Positions 47,526 through 56,838 of a stretch of DNA of 64,000 nt are shown one piece after another (the first letter of the stretch is position 1; each line of letters begins with the position of its first letter). Where the stretch lies: the IMG/VR virus record IMGVR_UViG_3300040809_000464, positions 24,676 through 88,675 of that record; one strand, 5' to 3'. The notes under the pieces were generated by a model, which saw only the letters and a list, made by a program, of their open reading frames with translations, did not search any database and was not told the origin of the DNA. The translations under genes and the position numbers were made by a program. The stretch is from a virus.

Positions 47526-47681
47526 ATGGATATGCCGACACCATGCCCTGAGTGCGGAGATATTGTAGAATTTAACAATATGATGAGAACAGAAGGTAAA
47601 CTATGCTACCATACCTTTGTCTGTGAATATTGTTATGACGAGTTAGAAAGTGATGAAGAAGAGTGGGAGGAGGAAGAATGA
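47526..47681 (+). CDS. Small zinc-ribbon protein with acidic tail
   Basis: CPEC...CEYC; AGGAG RBS before ATG 47526. Confidence 0.6.
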   Translation: MDMPTPCPECGDIVEFNNMMRTEGKLCYHTFVCEYCYDELESDEEEWEEEE

Positions 47682-48820
47682 AGACACTATACAAGAAAGA
47701 CTCAAAAGGTAAGATACGTCAATGGGATGTATCTGTAGAAGGTAATACTATTACGGTATCTTCTGGGATATTAGATGGTAAGAAGACTACACAAGTTACA
47801 ACCTGTAAAGGTAAGAATATAGGTAAATCTAATGAGACCACTCCTGAAGAGCAAGCCTTATTAGAAGCACAATCTAAATGGAATAAACAAGTAGAGCGAG
47901 AGGATTACCATTGGGATGTAGAACGTTCTGGTAAACAGTTAAGGCCACAACTCGCATTAGATTATACTAAAGTCCCACATAGAGTAAACTGGGGTAGTGT
48001 TGTATCGCAACCGAAGCTAGATGGATTACGTTTGTGTGTAGGCTCAAGAGATACAATGAAAGGTTATGATCCAGATAGTATTGAGATGTTAACTCGTAAG
48101 GGTGAGACTTACAATGTAGACCACTTAGTGGAACCTTGTAAAGATCTTCTATCATATATTAATACTAATCTGGTAGAAGATAATAAATGCCTAGCATTGG
48201 ATGGTGAGATCTATAAGCACGGATTACCTCTACAGAAGATTGTTAGTGGTGCTAAGAAGCATCATAAGGGCTTGACTGAATCTTTAGAGTTTCATATCTT
48301 TGATTTAGTTATTGAGGATATGGGTTTCCAGCATAGGTATGATATCCTAAGAACGGCTATTAGTGTGGTAGCTAGTAAGAGTCTGCATTTAGTAAGTAAT
48401 GTGTTAGTGGATAATGTAGAGCAAGCCAAATTAGAATTAGGCAACTGGATAGAGCAAGGTTATGAAGGTTTGATGCTTAGGCATATAAACGGCACTTATG
48501 CTATAGGGCAACGCTCTCCAGATTTATTCAAGTATAAAGAATTTCAGGATAAAGAGTGTAAGATTATTGATGTGTGGGAAGATAAGAATGGTAATGCAAT
48601 GTTTACTTGCTTATTTGATAAAGATGATGTACTATCTAAATTCAATTGCACACCTAAACGTACACATGAAGAAAGGAAAGCTATCTTAGCTAACTCAAAA
48701 GAATATATTGGAAAGTGGTTAACTGTGAAGTATCAAGACCTAACAGATGATGGCTTACCGACATTCCCTGTAGGATTGGACTTGAGAGATTGTGACGAAG
48801 ATGGAAACCCTTTAAGCTAA
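47678..48820 (+). CDS. lig: ATP-dependent DNA ligase
   Basis: QPKLDGLR (motif I), LDGEI, FHIFD, EGLMLR, KYK, PTFP motifs. Confidence 0.92.
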   Translation: MKTLYKKDSKGKIRQWDVSVEGNTITVSSGILDGKKTTQVTTCKGKNIGKSNETTPEEQALLEAQSKWNKQVEREDYHWDVERSGKQLRPQLALDYTKVPHRVNWGSVVSQPKLDGLRLCVGSRDTMKGYDPDSIEMLTRKGETYNVDHLVEPCKDLLSYINTNLVEDNKCLALDGEIYKHGLPLQKIVSGAKKHHKGLTESLEFHIFDLVIEDMGFQHRYDILRTAISVVASKSLHLVSNVLVDNVEQAKLELGNWIEQGYEGLMLRHINGTYAIGQRSPDLFKYKEFQDKECKIIDVWEDKNGNAMFTCLFDKDDVLSKFNCTPKRTHEERKAILANSKEYIGKWLTVKYQDLTDDGLPTFPVGLDLRDCDEDGNPLS

Positions 48821-48836
48821 AGAGGAGAAACCTAAT

Positions 48837-49076
48837 ATGAAAACCTGTAACGAATTAGGCAGCTATCAAGGCTCCTGCTGCTGTAATTGTAAGTACCAGA
48901 TAGAGGTAATGAAGCATCCTTGGAACAAAGGGGGAGCTAGAGGACGTATAACTGAGCAATTAGGTTGGGTATGTTCAAACCCTTTAGATGTAGAAGACGG
49001 TCGAGTAATATTCTTTGATAGAGAACATAGTATGTGTGAGTTACATACACCTAAAGATGATGAGGAGAAACAATAA
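48837..49076 (+). CDS. Cys-rich hypothetical protein
   Basis: CCCNC...C...CE; GAGGAG RBS. Confidence 0.5.
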   Translation: MKTCNELGSYQGSCCCNCKYQIEVMKHPWNKGGARGRITEQLGWVCSNPLDVEDGRVIFFDREHSMCELHTPKDDEEKQ

Positions 49077-49396
49077 TGGAGAAATACATAAACGACCTAG
49101 GTGAAGTAGGAGTATTAGTATCAGAAGGTTATGGCTCGGGATGGTCTACATGGAATGATATTAGATACAGTAATTATCTTTGTATGGATAAAACCTTAGT
49201 AGAAATGAAACTAAAAGGTGCTTCCACTGAAGAGGTTGAGAAACATATTCTTAAAACTATAGATGGGTATGTATCCATGAGCGGGTGGGAAAATACAGAA
49301 GTAAACTGGGTAGAGCAAGGTACTGCTTTTACTCTAACGGTAAGAGATGGTGATGAGAGTTTGGAATATATAATGATTAATTGTATGGTTGCATAA
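49076..49396 (+). CDS. Conserved hypothetical phage protein
   Basis: VLVS.GYGSGWSTWN...DG.ES motif. Confidence 0.55.
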   Translation: MEKYINDLGEVGVLVSEGYGSGWSTWNDIRYSNYLCMDKTLVEMKLKGASTEEVEKHILKTIDGYVSMSGWENTEVNWVEQGTAFTLTVRDGDESLEYIMINCMVA

Positions 49397-49493
49397 GATT
49401 TATATATTAAATAACCCTTGACAATCAAACCTAATAAGAATAACCTTTGAATGAAGGTAGCTTTTTATTTAAGAATTGAATAGAGCTTACAAT

Positions 49494-49790
49494 ATGTGTA
49501 GAGTTGTTAATAAATATAAAGAACCTTACGATATTTATATAGGAAGAGGATCTAAGTGGGGTAATCCTTACGTGATAAACCGAGACGGCACTCGTGAAGA
49601 AGTGATAGAAAGATATAAACAATATCTATGGGATAGTCTACTAAAAGGTGATATTACTATAGAGGATCTTTTAAACCTTGAAGGTAAAGTCCTTGGATGT
49701 TTTTGTAAACCCAAAGCATGTCACGGTGATATTATTGTTTCCGCTGTGGAATGGGCTGTTAACGTAGAAAGAGGAAACCTAATATGTTAA
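49494..49790 (+). CDS. DUF4326 family protein
   Basis: YDIYIGRGSKWGNPY, L.GKVLGCFCKP..CHGD. Confidence 0.85.
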   Translation: MCRVVNKYKEPYDIYIGRGSKWGNPYVINRDGTREEVIERYKQYLWDSLLKGDITIEDLLNLEGKVLGCFCKPKACHGDIIVSAVEWAVNVERGNLIC

Positions 49791-49942
49791 GACTGATAAG
49801 ATTTCTAATTACTGGTAGCTGGCATGAACACACTTATGAGGTTATTAAAGAGTATGATGTAAACCACAGAGGAGGCTACCTGTACCGAGTTTATGTCTCA
49901 AGGTGTACTAAATGTGGTAAGATAACAAGTAAGAGTGTTTAA
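49784..49942 (+). CDS. Small zinc-finger-like protein (not in the ORF track)
   Basis: H.H...CTKCG; GAGGA RBS. Confidence 0.45.
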   Translation: MLRLIRFLITGSWHEHTYEVIKEYDVNHRGGYLYRVYVSRCTKCGKITSKSV

Positions 49943-50368
49943 GGGTGTCAGTGTTAACTGGAGGAGAATGATTATGACGTTTGATGAAGTGTTGAGGAAA
50001 GCTAGTAACCTACGTATTAGTTATATACCTTGTGTAGGCAGTTTAGGTTATATCTACAGCTTTTATGGGAGCAGTATGATTGTCATGATTAAAAGGGATG
50101 ATAATAATGATTGTATAAAAGAATTAGTTGGTAGTAACTTAACAACATTAAAAGATTACTGTGAAGATAACGATTACAGTAGTGAGTATATGATAGGGCT
50201 AGCAAAAGATTTAAAGAAGGAACTCCTTCAGTTGATATCTAAAAAGGAATCCAGAATCATTCCTATAGAAGAATGGCGTAAGGAGTTGGACTAGGTAAAT
50301 CTTAATAGAAAGGCTTGACAAGAGTAGTGTTATAGGTAACACATATTGAAACTTAGAGGAGAAACACA

Positions 50369-50512
50369 ATGGATAAGAGAAAAATAGGACCAGCTATCTT
50401 AGGGTTAGGTATGGCAGTTATCGCTGCTTGGATGAACATTAACAATCAGTCTGCATTCTTCTTGTGGTTAGGTGTGTTCTTTTGTGCATGGCAAGTTTTG
50501 GTAGAGGATTGA
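50369..50512 (+). CDS. Small 2-TM membrane protein (not in the ORF track)
   Basis: GAGGAG RBS; 47 aa, hydrophobic. Confidence 0.5.
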   Translation: MDKRKIGPAILGLGMAVIAAWMNINNQSAFFLWLGVFFCAWQVLVED

Positions 50513-50516
50513 TATT

Positions 50517-50834
50517 ATGATTAATAAGATAACTTATCCAAGTAAGTGCAATGTATTAAATGTAGACTACCCTAACAGTGCAAGAAATATAGTATCCCCA
50601 CCTTTACAGATAACAGTTCTAGGCTCTAACATAACCCTAGGAAGTACTAAAGTAAAAGGTCTCCATCCTTACACGTTCAAAGCTGGAGAGTGGGGAACTG
50701 TCATAGGGGTTGTACAAGAAACCCCTCAAGATCTACCTACAAGAGATTGCCTAAGAGTTAGATATGAAGATGGTATTGTTGATATAGTGCCTATTTCAGA
50801 CATCTCTGAAGGTATTTATGAGTTACAAGATTAG
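50517..50834 (+). CDS. Hypothetical protein with tail-spike-like N-terminal motif
   Basis: TYPSK.N....DYP.SARN resembles the spike 2/3 N-terminus. Confidence 0.5.
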   Translation: MINKITYPSKCNVLNVDYPNSARNIVSPPLQITVLGSNITLGSTKVKGLHPYTFKAGEWGTVIGVVQETPQDLPTRDCLRVRYEDGIVDIVPISDISEGIYELQD

Positions 50835-50849
50835 AGGAAAAGACCAATT

Positions 50850-51131
50850 ATGAGTGACACTAAAATAAACTACCCGGGTAAGGTATCACCTTATAGTATT
50901 CTTTACCCTGACGATTCTGAAGTAAGTCAACTTATGTCACTACTAGTTGCTTATGAGTTTGCTAGATCAGGACTTTATAAAGATAATCCATATGAAGTAG
51001 GTACAGATAAATACACTGCCTTTAACATAGGTCTTGGTGAGAGACGTTTCAGAGACTACCTAAAGGAGTGTTATAGTGAAGAGGTAGAAGAACTTACATT
51101 AGAAGATATTAAATCCCCAGAAAACCCTTGA
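50850..51131 (+). CDS. Hypothetical protein with tail-spike-like N-terminal motif
   Basis: YPGKVSPYSILYP versus spike 3 YPGKVLPSSPQYP. Confidence 0.5.
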   Translation: MSDTKINYPGKVSPYSILYPDDSEVSQLMSLLVAYEFARSGLYKDNPYEVGTDKYTAFNIGLGERRFRDYLKECYSEEVEELTLEDIKSPENP

Positions 51132-51193
51132 CAGACGATCCTAGATAGATTATTCTTTACGTATTGAATTTGAGAGGAGAGATTGATATTCCT

Positions 51194-51859
51194 ATGGATA
51201 AAAGAAAGAAAACATGTAAAGATAAATATGAAGGTACTAGTTGGAGTAGTAATAATTTTGGTGACTTTGAGATATTAGAGTATTTTAATTATCATAAGGT
51301 AAAGATAAAATTTATAACCACAGGTTATACCACGCATGCTAAGATGGATAAGATAAGAAGAGGTAAAGTTAAAGATAAATTATTACCTTCGGTGTATGGA
51401 GTAGGCTACCTAGGTGATGGTCCCTACTCTGCATCTTTAATTGGTAAATACACTAAAGTATACTACACATGGCGTGCAATGCTTCAAAGATGCTACTGTT
51501 CTATGTATCAAGAAAATAAACCAACATATGAAGGTTGTACAGTAGCAGATGAATGGCATAACTTCCAGAACTTCGCTAAATGGTTTGAAGATAACTATAT
51601 AGAAGGTTATGAACTTGATAAAGATCTTAAAGTGGAGGGTAATAAAATATATAGCCCAGAAGCTTGTATGTTTGTTAGTAAACAACATAATACGGAAAAG
51701 GCTAATGCTAAACATTATAAAGTTCTAAGTCCTAGGGGTGAGGTGATTAATATCTACAACATGGCTAAGTTTTGCAGGGATAATAGTTTAAACCTTAGTA
51801 GTATGTATAAAGTACTTAATGGTAAATCAAGCCACTATAAAGGTTGGACAAAAACATAA
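51194..51859 (+). CDS. HNH-type homing endonuclease
   Basis: W..ML.RCY, W.NFQNFA.W, LDKD...GN..YSP..C.FV...N motifs; preceded by TTGACA-N17-TATTCT at 51128. Confidence 0.8.
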   Translation: MDKRKKTCKDKYEGTSWSSNNFGDFEILEYFNYHKVKIKFITTGYTTHAKMDKIRRGKVKDKLLPSVYGVGYLGDGPYSASLIGKYTKVYYTWRAMLQRCYCSMYQENKPTYEGCTVADEWHNFQNFAKWFEDNYIEGYELDKDLKVEGNKIYSPEACMFVSKQHNTEKANAKHYKVLSPRGEVINIYNMAKFCRDNSLNLSSMYKVLNGKSSHYKGWTKT

Positions 51860-52000
51860 CGTCATTTACAGGATTAAACATGAGATGCTTAAACAAGGAT
51901 TCTCTTGGGAGTATGTTCTTATAGAGGTAGGCTGCATAGGTCTGGCTTTGATATGTTACCGTATGTACAACTATCACGATTATCTTGAGAGGAAAACTAA

Positions 52001-52192
52001 ATGAAGAAAATACTACCAATAGCTCTTGTACTGATCCTGACAGGGTGTAAAACTCATGGAGATACAGCACAAGAAAATAAACACCTCTGCGATAATCACG
52101 GAGGTTATCAGACATGGACGTATACTAAAAGTAGAACCTTTACACTCATCCTTTGCAAAGATGGATCTGTAAAGTGGGCTGACCTCCTCTAG
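52001..52192 (+). CDS. Small lipoprotein
   Basis: MKK + hydrophobic core + LTGC lipobox. Confidence 0.6.
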   Translation: MKKILPIALVLILTGCKTHGDTAQENKHLCDNHGGYQTWTYTKSRTFTLILCKDGSVKWADLL

Positions 52193-52322
52193 AATCCATT
52201 CTAAGAAGACTTCTCTTCAAAGTAATACCATTACCGCACCCTTCTAGTAAAACCTCTTAGAATCAATCTGAGAGGGTTCCATACTTAAACATATATCCGC
52301 TAAAAGATTCCCTAAAAAGTGT

Positions 52323-52351
52323 TGACAGAGGGTTTCTTTGTATGTATGATC
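52323..52351 (+). promoter_or_regulatory. Sigma70-type promoter
   Basis: TTGACA-N17-TATGAT with extended TG. Confidence 0.7.
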
Positions 52352-52364
52352 GTTGTAAGATTAA

Positions 52365-52649
52365 TTGAGAGGAGTAGTGTTAAATATGAAAGACAACCAA
52401 CAAAACACTATCTACAGCAAATGGCGTAGGTCTGAAGCTTATATAGTTCCAATGACTTCAGAGGGTATCTCTAAAGCAGGACACCGTTATGATAACTTCA
52501 AGGTAGGTTTTGAATACGGAATGACCTATGCTATGGAAATCTTAGAAGAGTTACACAGGGAGAACAAAGACGTTCATAAGTTTTACCTGTTAGCTAAGAA
52601 CGCTGTAGATGAAGCTAGAAAGAATTGTAAAGAGAGGAGTGAGAGATGA
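52365..52649 (+). CDS. Hypothetical protein (start probably MKDNQ)
   Basis: ORF overlaps the start of the HNH gene. Confidence 0.45.
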   Translation: MRGVVLNMKDNQQNTIYSKWRRSEAYIVPMTSEGISKAGHRYDNFKVGFEYGMTYAMEILEELHRENKDVHKFYLLAKNAVDEARKNCKERSER

Positions 52650-53320
52650 ATAAACGAATATTAAAGCAGAAAGAGAAGTATGAAGGAACTTCATGGCTTA
52701 GTAACAAGTGCGGAGATTTTATTATAATAGAGTATATAAACGCTAGATCAGTTGTTTTAAGATTTACTAAGACAGGTTATATAACAATAACAGATCTGTA
52801 CTCTATAAAGAAAGGTAAGGTTAAAGACAGGTTACACCCTTCGGTATCTGGTGTAGGTTTTGTAGGTGAAGGGGTTTACACTCTTTACAATAGCATTAAA
52901 ATTTATTATTTGTGGGCGGCTATGTTAGGGAGGTGTTATGATAAAAAATGCCATGAAAATTATTCAACATATATAGACTGTACAGTCACTCCCGAATGGC
53001 ACAACTTCCAGAACTTTGCTAAATGGTGTGAGGATAATTATATTGAAGGATATCACCTAGATAAGGATATTAAAGTTGAAGGTAATCGGGTTTATGGACC
53101 CGACACTTGTATGTTTGTTAGTCCACAAGAGAATACCGAGAAAGCTTGTGCGAAATATTGGAAATTTGTAAGTCCAGAAGGTAAAGTTGTTGAGATTTAT
53201 AATATAGCTAAGTTTTGTAGGGAAAAAGGTTTAAATCGTACCAATATGTATGGTGTACATCAAGGTAAACAAAGTAATCACAAAAGTTGGACTAAATATG
53301 TAGAAGAGGTCTTGGGATGA
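52646..53320 (+). CDS. HNH-type homing endonuclease, paralog of 51194..51859
   Basis: Same motif set, with long near-identical blocks. Confidence 0.8.
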   Translation: MNKRILKQKEKYEGTSWLSNKCGDFIIIEYINARSVVLRFTKTGYITITDLYSIKKGKVKDRLHPSVSGVGFVGEGVYTLYNSIKIYYLWAAMLGRCYDKKCHENYSTYIDCTVTPEWHNFQNFAKWCEDNYIEGYHLDKDIKVEGNRVYGPDTCMFVSPQENTEKACAKYWKFVSPEGKVVEIYNIAKFCREKGLNRTNMYGVHQGKQSNHKSWTKYVEEVLG

Positions 53321-53517
53321 AGAATGAAGCTATTGAAGAATTAAAACTAGCACGGCAACAGATAGGTACATTAGAAGATATTAACATACTGTATCGTGAT
53401 GCAATTAATCAAATAGATGCTTACTTTGTAGAGGAGTATGAGTCGGATACGGACAGATACTTTGTGGATGGTGTGTTACACTCTTTAACTATCAAGTTGA
53501 AACACTTACAGAAGTGA
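53317..53517 (+). CDS. Hypothetical protein
   Basis: ATGA overlap with the HNH stop. Confidence 0.45.
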   Translation: MKNEAIEELKLARQQIGTLEDINILYRDAINQIDAYFVEEYESDTDRYFVDGVLHSLTIKLKHLQK

Positions 53518-53524
53518 GGAAATA

Positions 53525-54172
53525 ATGGAAAAACTAAATACTGATCTTGAACCTTATCGTGTTGTACCTAACTGGAATGAAGCACCAGAAGGAACCACAC
53601 ATGCAGAATATATCGAACCGTGTTCTCTGACAGAAGGCGATCCTAATAGGCAACTGTGGGAATGGTATAAATATGATGGAACTAACAATTTCTACTGGAG
53701 AGATGGTTGGCAGAGAGATACATTGTTTAGTGATGTAGGGTTTAGTGAAACTGTTAGGGTACGCCCTCTAAGTGAATACCTGTTATGGAAACTTGGTAAG
53801 GGTACTGTCTGGAACTATCTTTCAATAAGAAAATATACAATTCTAACACTTACTAACTTAGAATCTACCAACCCTTCAGGATTCCCTTATACAGTAGTGT
53901 ACAAGGATAGTGATGGTCGTGTATGGTCTAAGTCTGTATATGAATGGATGGATAAGTTTACCTATGACAGTTCCTATGAAGAGAACCTAGCAGATGAAGC
54001 TGAGAAGTTGGCTAAGGTGTTGTGTGTACGAGATGGTAAGGATGTGGACGACTGTTATGATACCTTTGATAGAGGAGATTACAATGCAGAGCCACATATA
54101 ACGTATGTCTGGGAACATTACCTACAAGATGCTTACAACTTTTTAGAACTAAAAAGAGAGCTGAATTATTAG
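53525..54172 (+). CDS. Hypothetical mosaic protein (W.EAPEG.TH domain + DUF1653-like domain)
   Basis: WNEAPEGTTH and TVVYK..DG.VW motifs. Confidence 0.5.
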   Translation: MEKLNTDLEPYRVVPNWNEAPEGTTHAEYIEPCSLTEGDPNRQLWEWYKYDGTNNFYWRDGWQRDTLFSDVGFSETVRVRPLSEYLLWKLGKGTVWNYLSIRKYTILTLTNLESTNPSGFPYTVVYKDSDGRVWSKSVYEWMDKFTYDSSYEENLADEAEKLAKVLCVRDGKDVDDCYDTFDRGDYNAEPHITYVWEHYLQDAYNFLELKRELNY

Positions 54173-54189
54173 ACTTATTTAATTTGTGG

Positions 54190-54218
54190 TTGACTTAACA
54201 GTAAAGACGTATTAATAT
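54190..54218 (+). promoter_or_regulatory. Sigma70-type promoter for repeat protein B
   Basis: TTGACT-N17-TAATAT. Confidence 0.65.
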
Positions 54219-54248
54219 ATAATCATATTTTATATGAGGAGAGATAAT

Positions 54249-54881
54249 ATGAACAAACATGAAACATTAACGCTGGAGTATTTAAAACAACATAGCGCTT
54301 GTACTGATGGGATTGAATTCTTTAAACGTGCAGGTCTTACAGGATACCCATTATCTAAACTGAAAGACGTTAAAGGGGATTACAATGAGTATGTTGAATG
54401 GTTAAAAAATATGCCTCTATACGAGTACAACGATAAAGGTTTGATGACTAAAGAGACTTATCCTAATGGAGATGTACACTTATGGAAGTACAACGATAAA
54501 GGTTTGATGACTAAAAAGACTTTCCCTTCTGGAAATGAATACTTATATGAGTACAACGATAAAGGTTTGAAGACTAAAGAGACTTTCCCTAATGGAGATG
54601 TATGTTTATACGAATACAACGATAAAGGTTTGAAGACTAAAGAGACTTTCCCTTCTGGAGAGGTATACTTATACGAATACAACGATAAAGGATTGAAGAC
54701 TAAAGAGACTTATCCTAATGGAGATGTATCCTTGTGGGAATACAACGATAAAGGTTTGAAGACTAAAGAGACTTATCCTAATGGAGATGTACACTTATGG
54801 GAATACACTTTCAAGCATGGACAACTTGTAGAGATGAAAGAAAATGGTAATACTATTTTAGAGATCCCACTTTTTAAGTAA
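54249..54881 (+). CDS. YD/RHS-like 21-aa repeat protein B (6 units)
   Basis: Same N-domain and C-cap as protein A; units EYNDKGLxTKxTxPxGxxxLx; GAGGAG RBS before ATG 54249. Confidence 0.8.
   Translation: MNKHETLTLEYLKQHSACTDGIEFFKRAGLTGYPLSKLKDVKGDYNEYVEWLKNMPLYEYNDKGLMTKETYPNGDVHLWKYNDKGLMTKKTFPSGNEYLYEYNDKGLKTKETFPNGDVCLYEYNDKGLKTKETFPSGEVYLYEYNDKGLKTKETYPNGDVSLWEYNDKGLKTKETYPNGDVHLWEYTFKHGQLVEMKENGNTILEIPLFK
54423..54800 (+). repeat. Coding tandem repeat, 6 x 63 bp
   Basis: TACAACGATAAAGG recurs every 63 nt. Confidence 0.9.
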
Positions 54882-54971
54882 GTCTATATTGACAACTAAA
54901 CTAACCTTCCTATATAATCCTCTTATCAACTTAACGTAAGAGGGTTTTCCCTCATATCAGAGGACAATATT

Positions 54972-55421
54972 ATGACACGTATCAATTGCATCCCATCACA
55001 CCTACTCCTAGATGAACACTTACACGCTGCTGTACGAGAAGGTAGTCGTCCTATCAATGAAGTCAGATCTGGTAAAGACAACATCAAGAATGCTCCCCCT
55101 CGTTGGAAATTAGGCACTGGACACGTACTCTTCTGCAAGAAACACCTTACATGGACTCACCAACAGTATGTATCTGCTAAAGAAGAATACTATAAGCGTG
55201 GCTTCAAAGGTCATGACTTTGTGGTGAGTCTTGATGGTATTCCTGTTAGGTTCCTTAATGATTACAACCCATCTAAAGCAGAACTCCGTACTAACTTAGC
55301 CCGTATCTGTGAGAGATTCCGTAAAAGAAAGAAACCTTATCATTTTCACGGTAAAGTAGTTGACACCAATAAGGATTCCCTATATTATTTATCTCAAGTG
55401 AAGAATAGTTTGAATGTTTAG
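54972..55421 (+). CDS. denV: Pyrimidine-dimer DNA glycosylase (T4 endonuclease V family)
   Basis: MTRIN.IP...L.D.HL....RE, LG.GHV.F, RG(F/Y), RI.ER motifs. Confidence 0.85.
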   Translation: MTRINCIPSHLLLDEHLHAAVREGSRPINEVRSGKDNIKNAPPRWKLGTGHVLFCKKHLTWTHQQYVSAKEEYYKRGFKGHDFVVSLDGIPVRFLNDYNPSKAELRTNLARICERFRKRKKPYHFHGKVVDTNKDSLYYLSQVKNSLNV

Positions 55422-55770
55422 AGAGGAAGATGTTATGACAATTATCACTACAAAGTTCTCCATAGGAGATAAAGTGCTTTACAAAGACAAGACTTGTGTA
55501 GTAGACTATATTGTAATTATGCAGTCTGAAGCACACTACTCTATAAAGTACAATGTTAAAGAGACTGACAGTAACACTTTTATAGTACCTACTTATACAG
55601 ATATCCATGAGTGTGAATTAAAAGAGTGCAAGAGTTACATCCTTCAGACTGACAGAGGTGAATTGGTACCTCTTAAGAGATTAGAAGATTATAAATACCT
55701 TGAAGATATATTAAACGCTAGAGGTGTTAAGTTTACTATATCAGAATTAAACAAGGTAGATTTACCTTAG
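55414..55770 (+). CDS. Hypothetical protein (TKFSIGDKV type)
   Basis: GAGGA RBS before MTIITTK. Confidence 0.5.
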   Translation: MFREEDVMTIITTKFSIGDKVLYKDKTCVVDYIVIMQSEAHYSIKYNVKETDSNTFIVPTYTDIHECELKECKSYILQTDRGELVPLKRLEDYKYLEDILNARGVKFTISELNKVDLP

Positions 55771-55782
55771 AGGAGATAACCA

Positions 55783-56007
55783 ATGAGTAAATTATTCTAT
55801 GCAGTTAACCGTCAAACTAGTGAGAGATGGGAACCTAATAAGACTTACAGAAAAGAATACCTATTTATGTACGATTCAGGCTATCTTGGTGTATGCTCTT
55901 ATGATGGATTCTATACGTATGTAGCACCACTATGTACCAAAACTTGGAAGGTAGTCTTCAACGATAGTATGGCTAATAAGATTGTTAAAAGTAGGATGGA
56001 TAAATAA
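55783..56007 (+). CDS. Hypothetical protein
   Basis: GAGGAG RBS. Confidence 0.5.
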   Translation: MSKLFYAVNRQTSERWEPNKTYRKEYLFMYDSGYLGVCSYDGFYTYVAPLCTKTWKVVFNDSMANKIVKSRMDK

Positions 56008-56273
56008 TGAGTTGGAACTATAGAGTGATAAGACGCAGTGAAATATACTACGATGATTTAACAAGATCTGGATCTTATAAATGTTATGAAGTATTTATAC
56101 ATGAGGTATATTATGATGAGAGTGGTAATATAATAGGTTGGTCTGAGAACGCTGCGACTATCACAGGACACAGTAAAGAAGAACTACGAGGAGATTTAAA
56201 TCTATTTAATATGGCACTTAATAAACCCATCTTAGAAGAAGTTGACGGGAAGCTAGTAGAGGTAGAAGACTAA
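56007..56273 (+). CDS. Conserved hypothetical phage protein
   Basis: MSWNYRV...IHEVYYD..G motif. Confidence 0.55.
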   Translation: MSWNYRVIRRSEIYYDDLTRSGSYKCYEVFIHEVYYDESGNIIGWSENAATITGHSKEELRGDLNLFNMALNKPILEEVDGKLVEVED

Positions 56274-56521
56274 TGGCAGACTATTACACAGTACAGGACT
56301 TACTAAACGTAATGTTCATCATCGCATGTATTGCAGCAGGAGGTACTCTTATACAGTTCTTCCGCTACATCCACTTCATATGTAAATATAGCAGTGTGGA
56401 ACGTAATATGATGAAGAGCTACGGGATACACACTAAGTATGACCTTGGAGCATACACCTTCCTAGCGGGACTATGTTGGGTAGCTTACTACATTATGAAT
56501 TTCTTTAAAGATACACATTAG
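56273..56521 (+). CDS. Small membrane protein
   Basis: Two hydrophobic segments. Confidence 0.5.
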   Translation: MADYYTVQDLLNVMFIIACIAAGGTLIQFFRYIHFICKYSSVERNMMKSYGIHTKYDLGAYTFLAGLCWVAYYIMNFFKDTH

Positions 56522-56531
56522 GAGAGAACAC

Positions 56532-56723
56532 ATGACAGATACAAACATTGAATTAGTAGACCTGAAGAAGAAACAACAAGCAGCTAATGCTAAGATAGCG
56601 CACTTACAAGACCGTAAGAGAGACCTACGTAGAGAGATCCTAGATATCGATGAAGAGATTGAGAGTATCCGCTATGAATTAGAACAGCAGATCACACATT
56701 ATACAGAGCAACAGTACAATTAA
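56532..56723 (+). CDS. Small coiled-coil protein
   Basis: AGGAG RBS; heptad pattern. Confidence 0.5.
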   Translation: MTDTNIELVDLKKKQQAANAKIAHLQDRKRDLRREILDIDEEIESIRYELEQQITHYTEQQYN

Positions 56724-56838
56724 TTATAAACATATTCCAAAGAGTTCTTAACATTTCATTGACCACTTAGATAGGATCATATATAAATGAATACATAAGA
56801 TACAAAAGGTAAGACAAGCCCATACGAGGAGTAATAGT

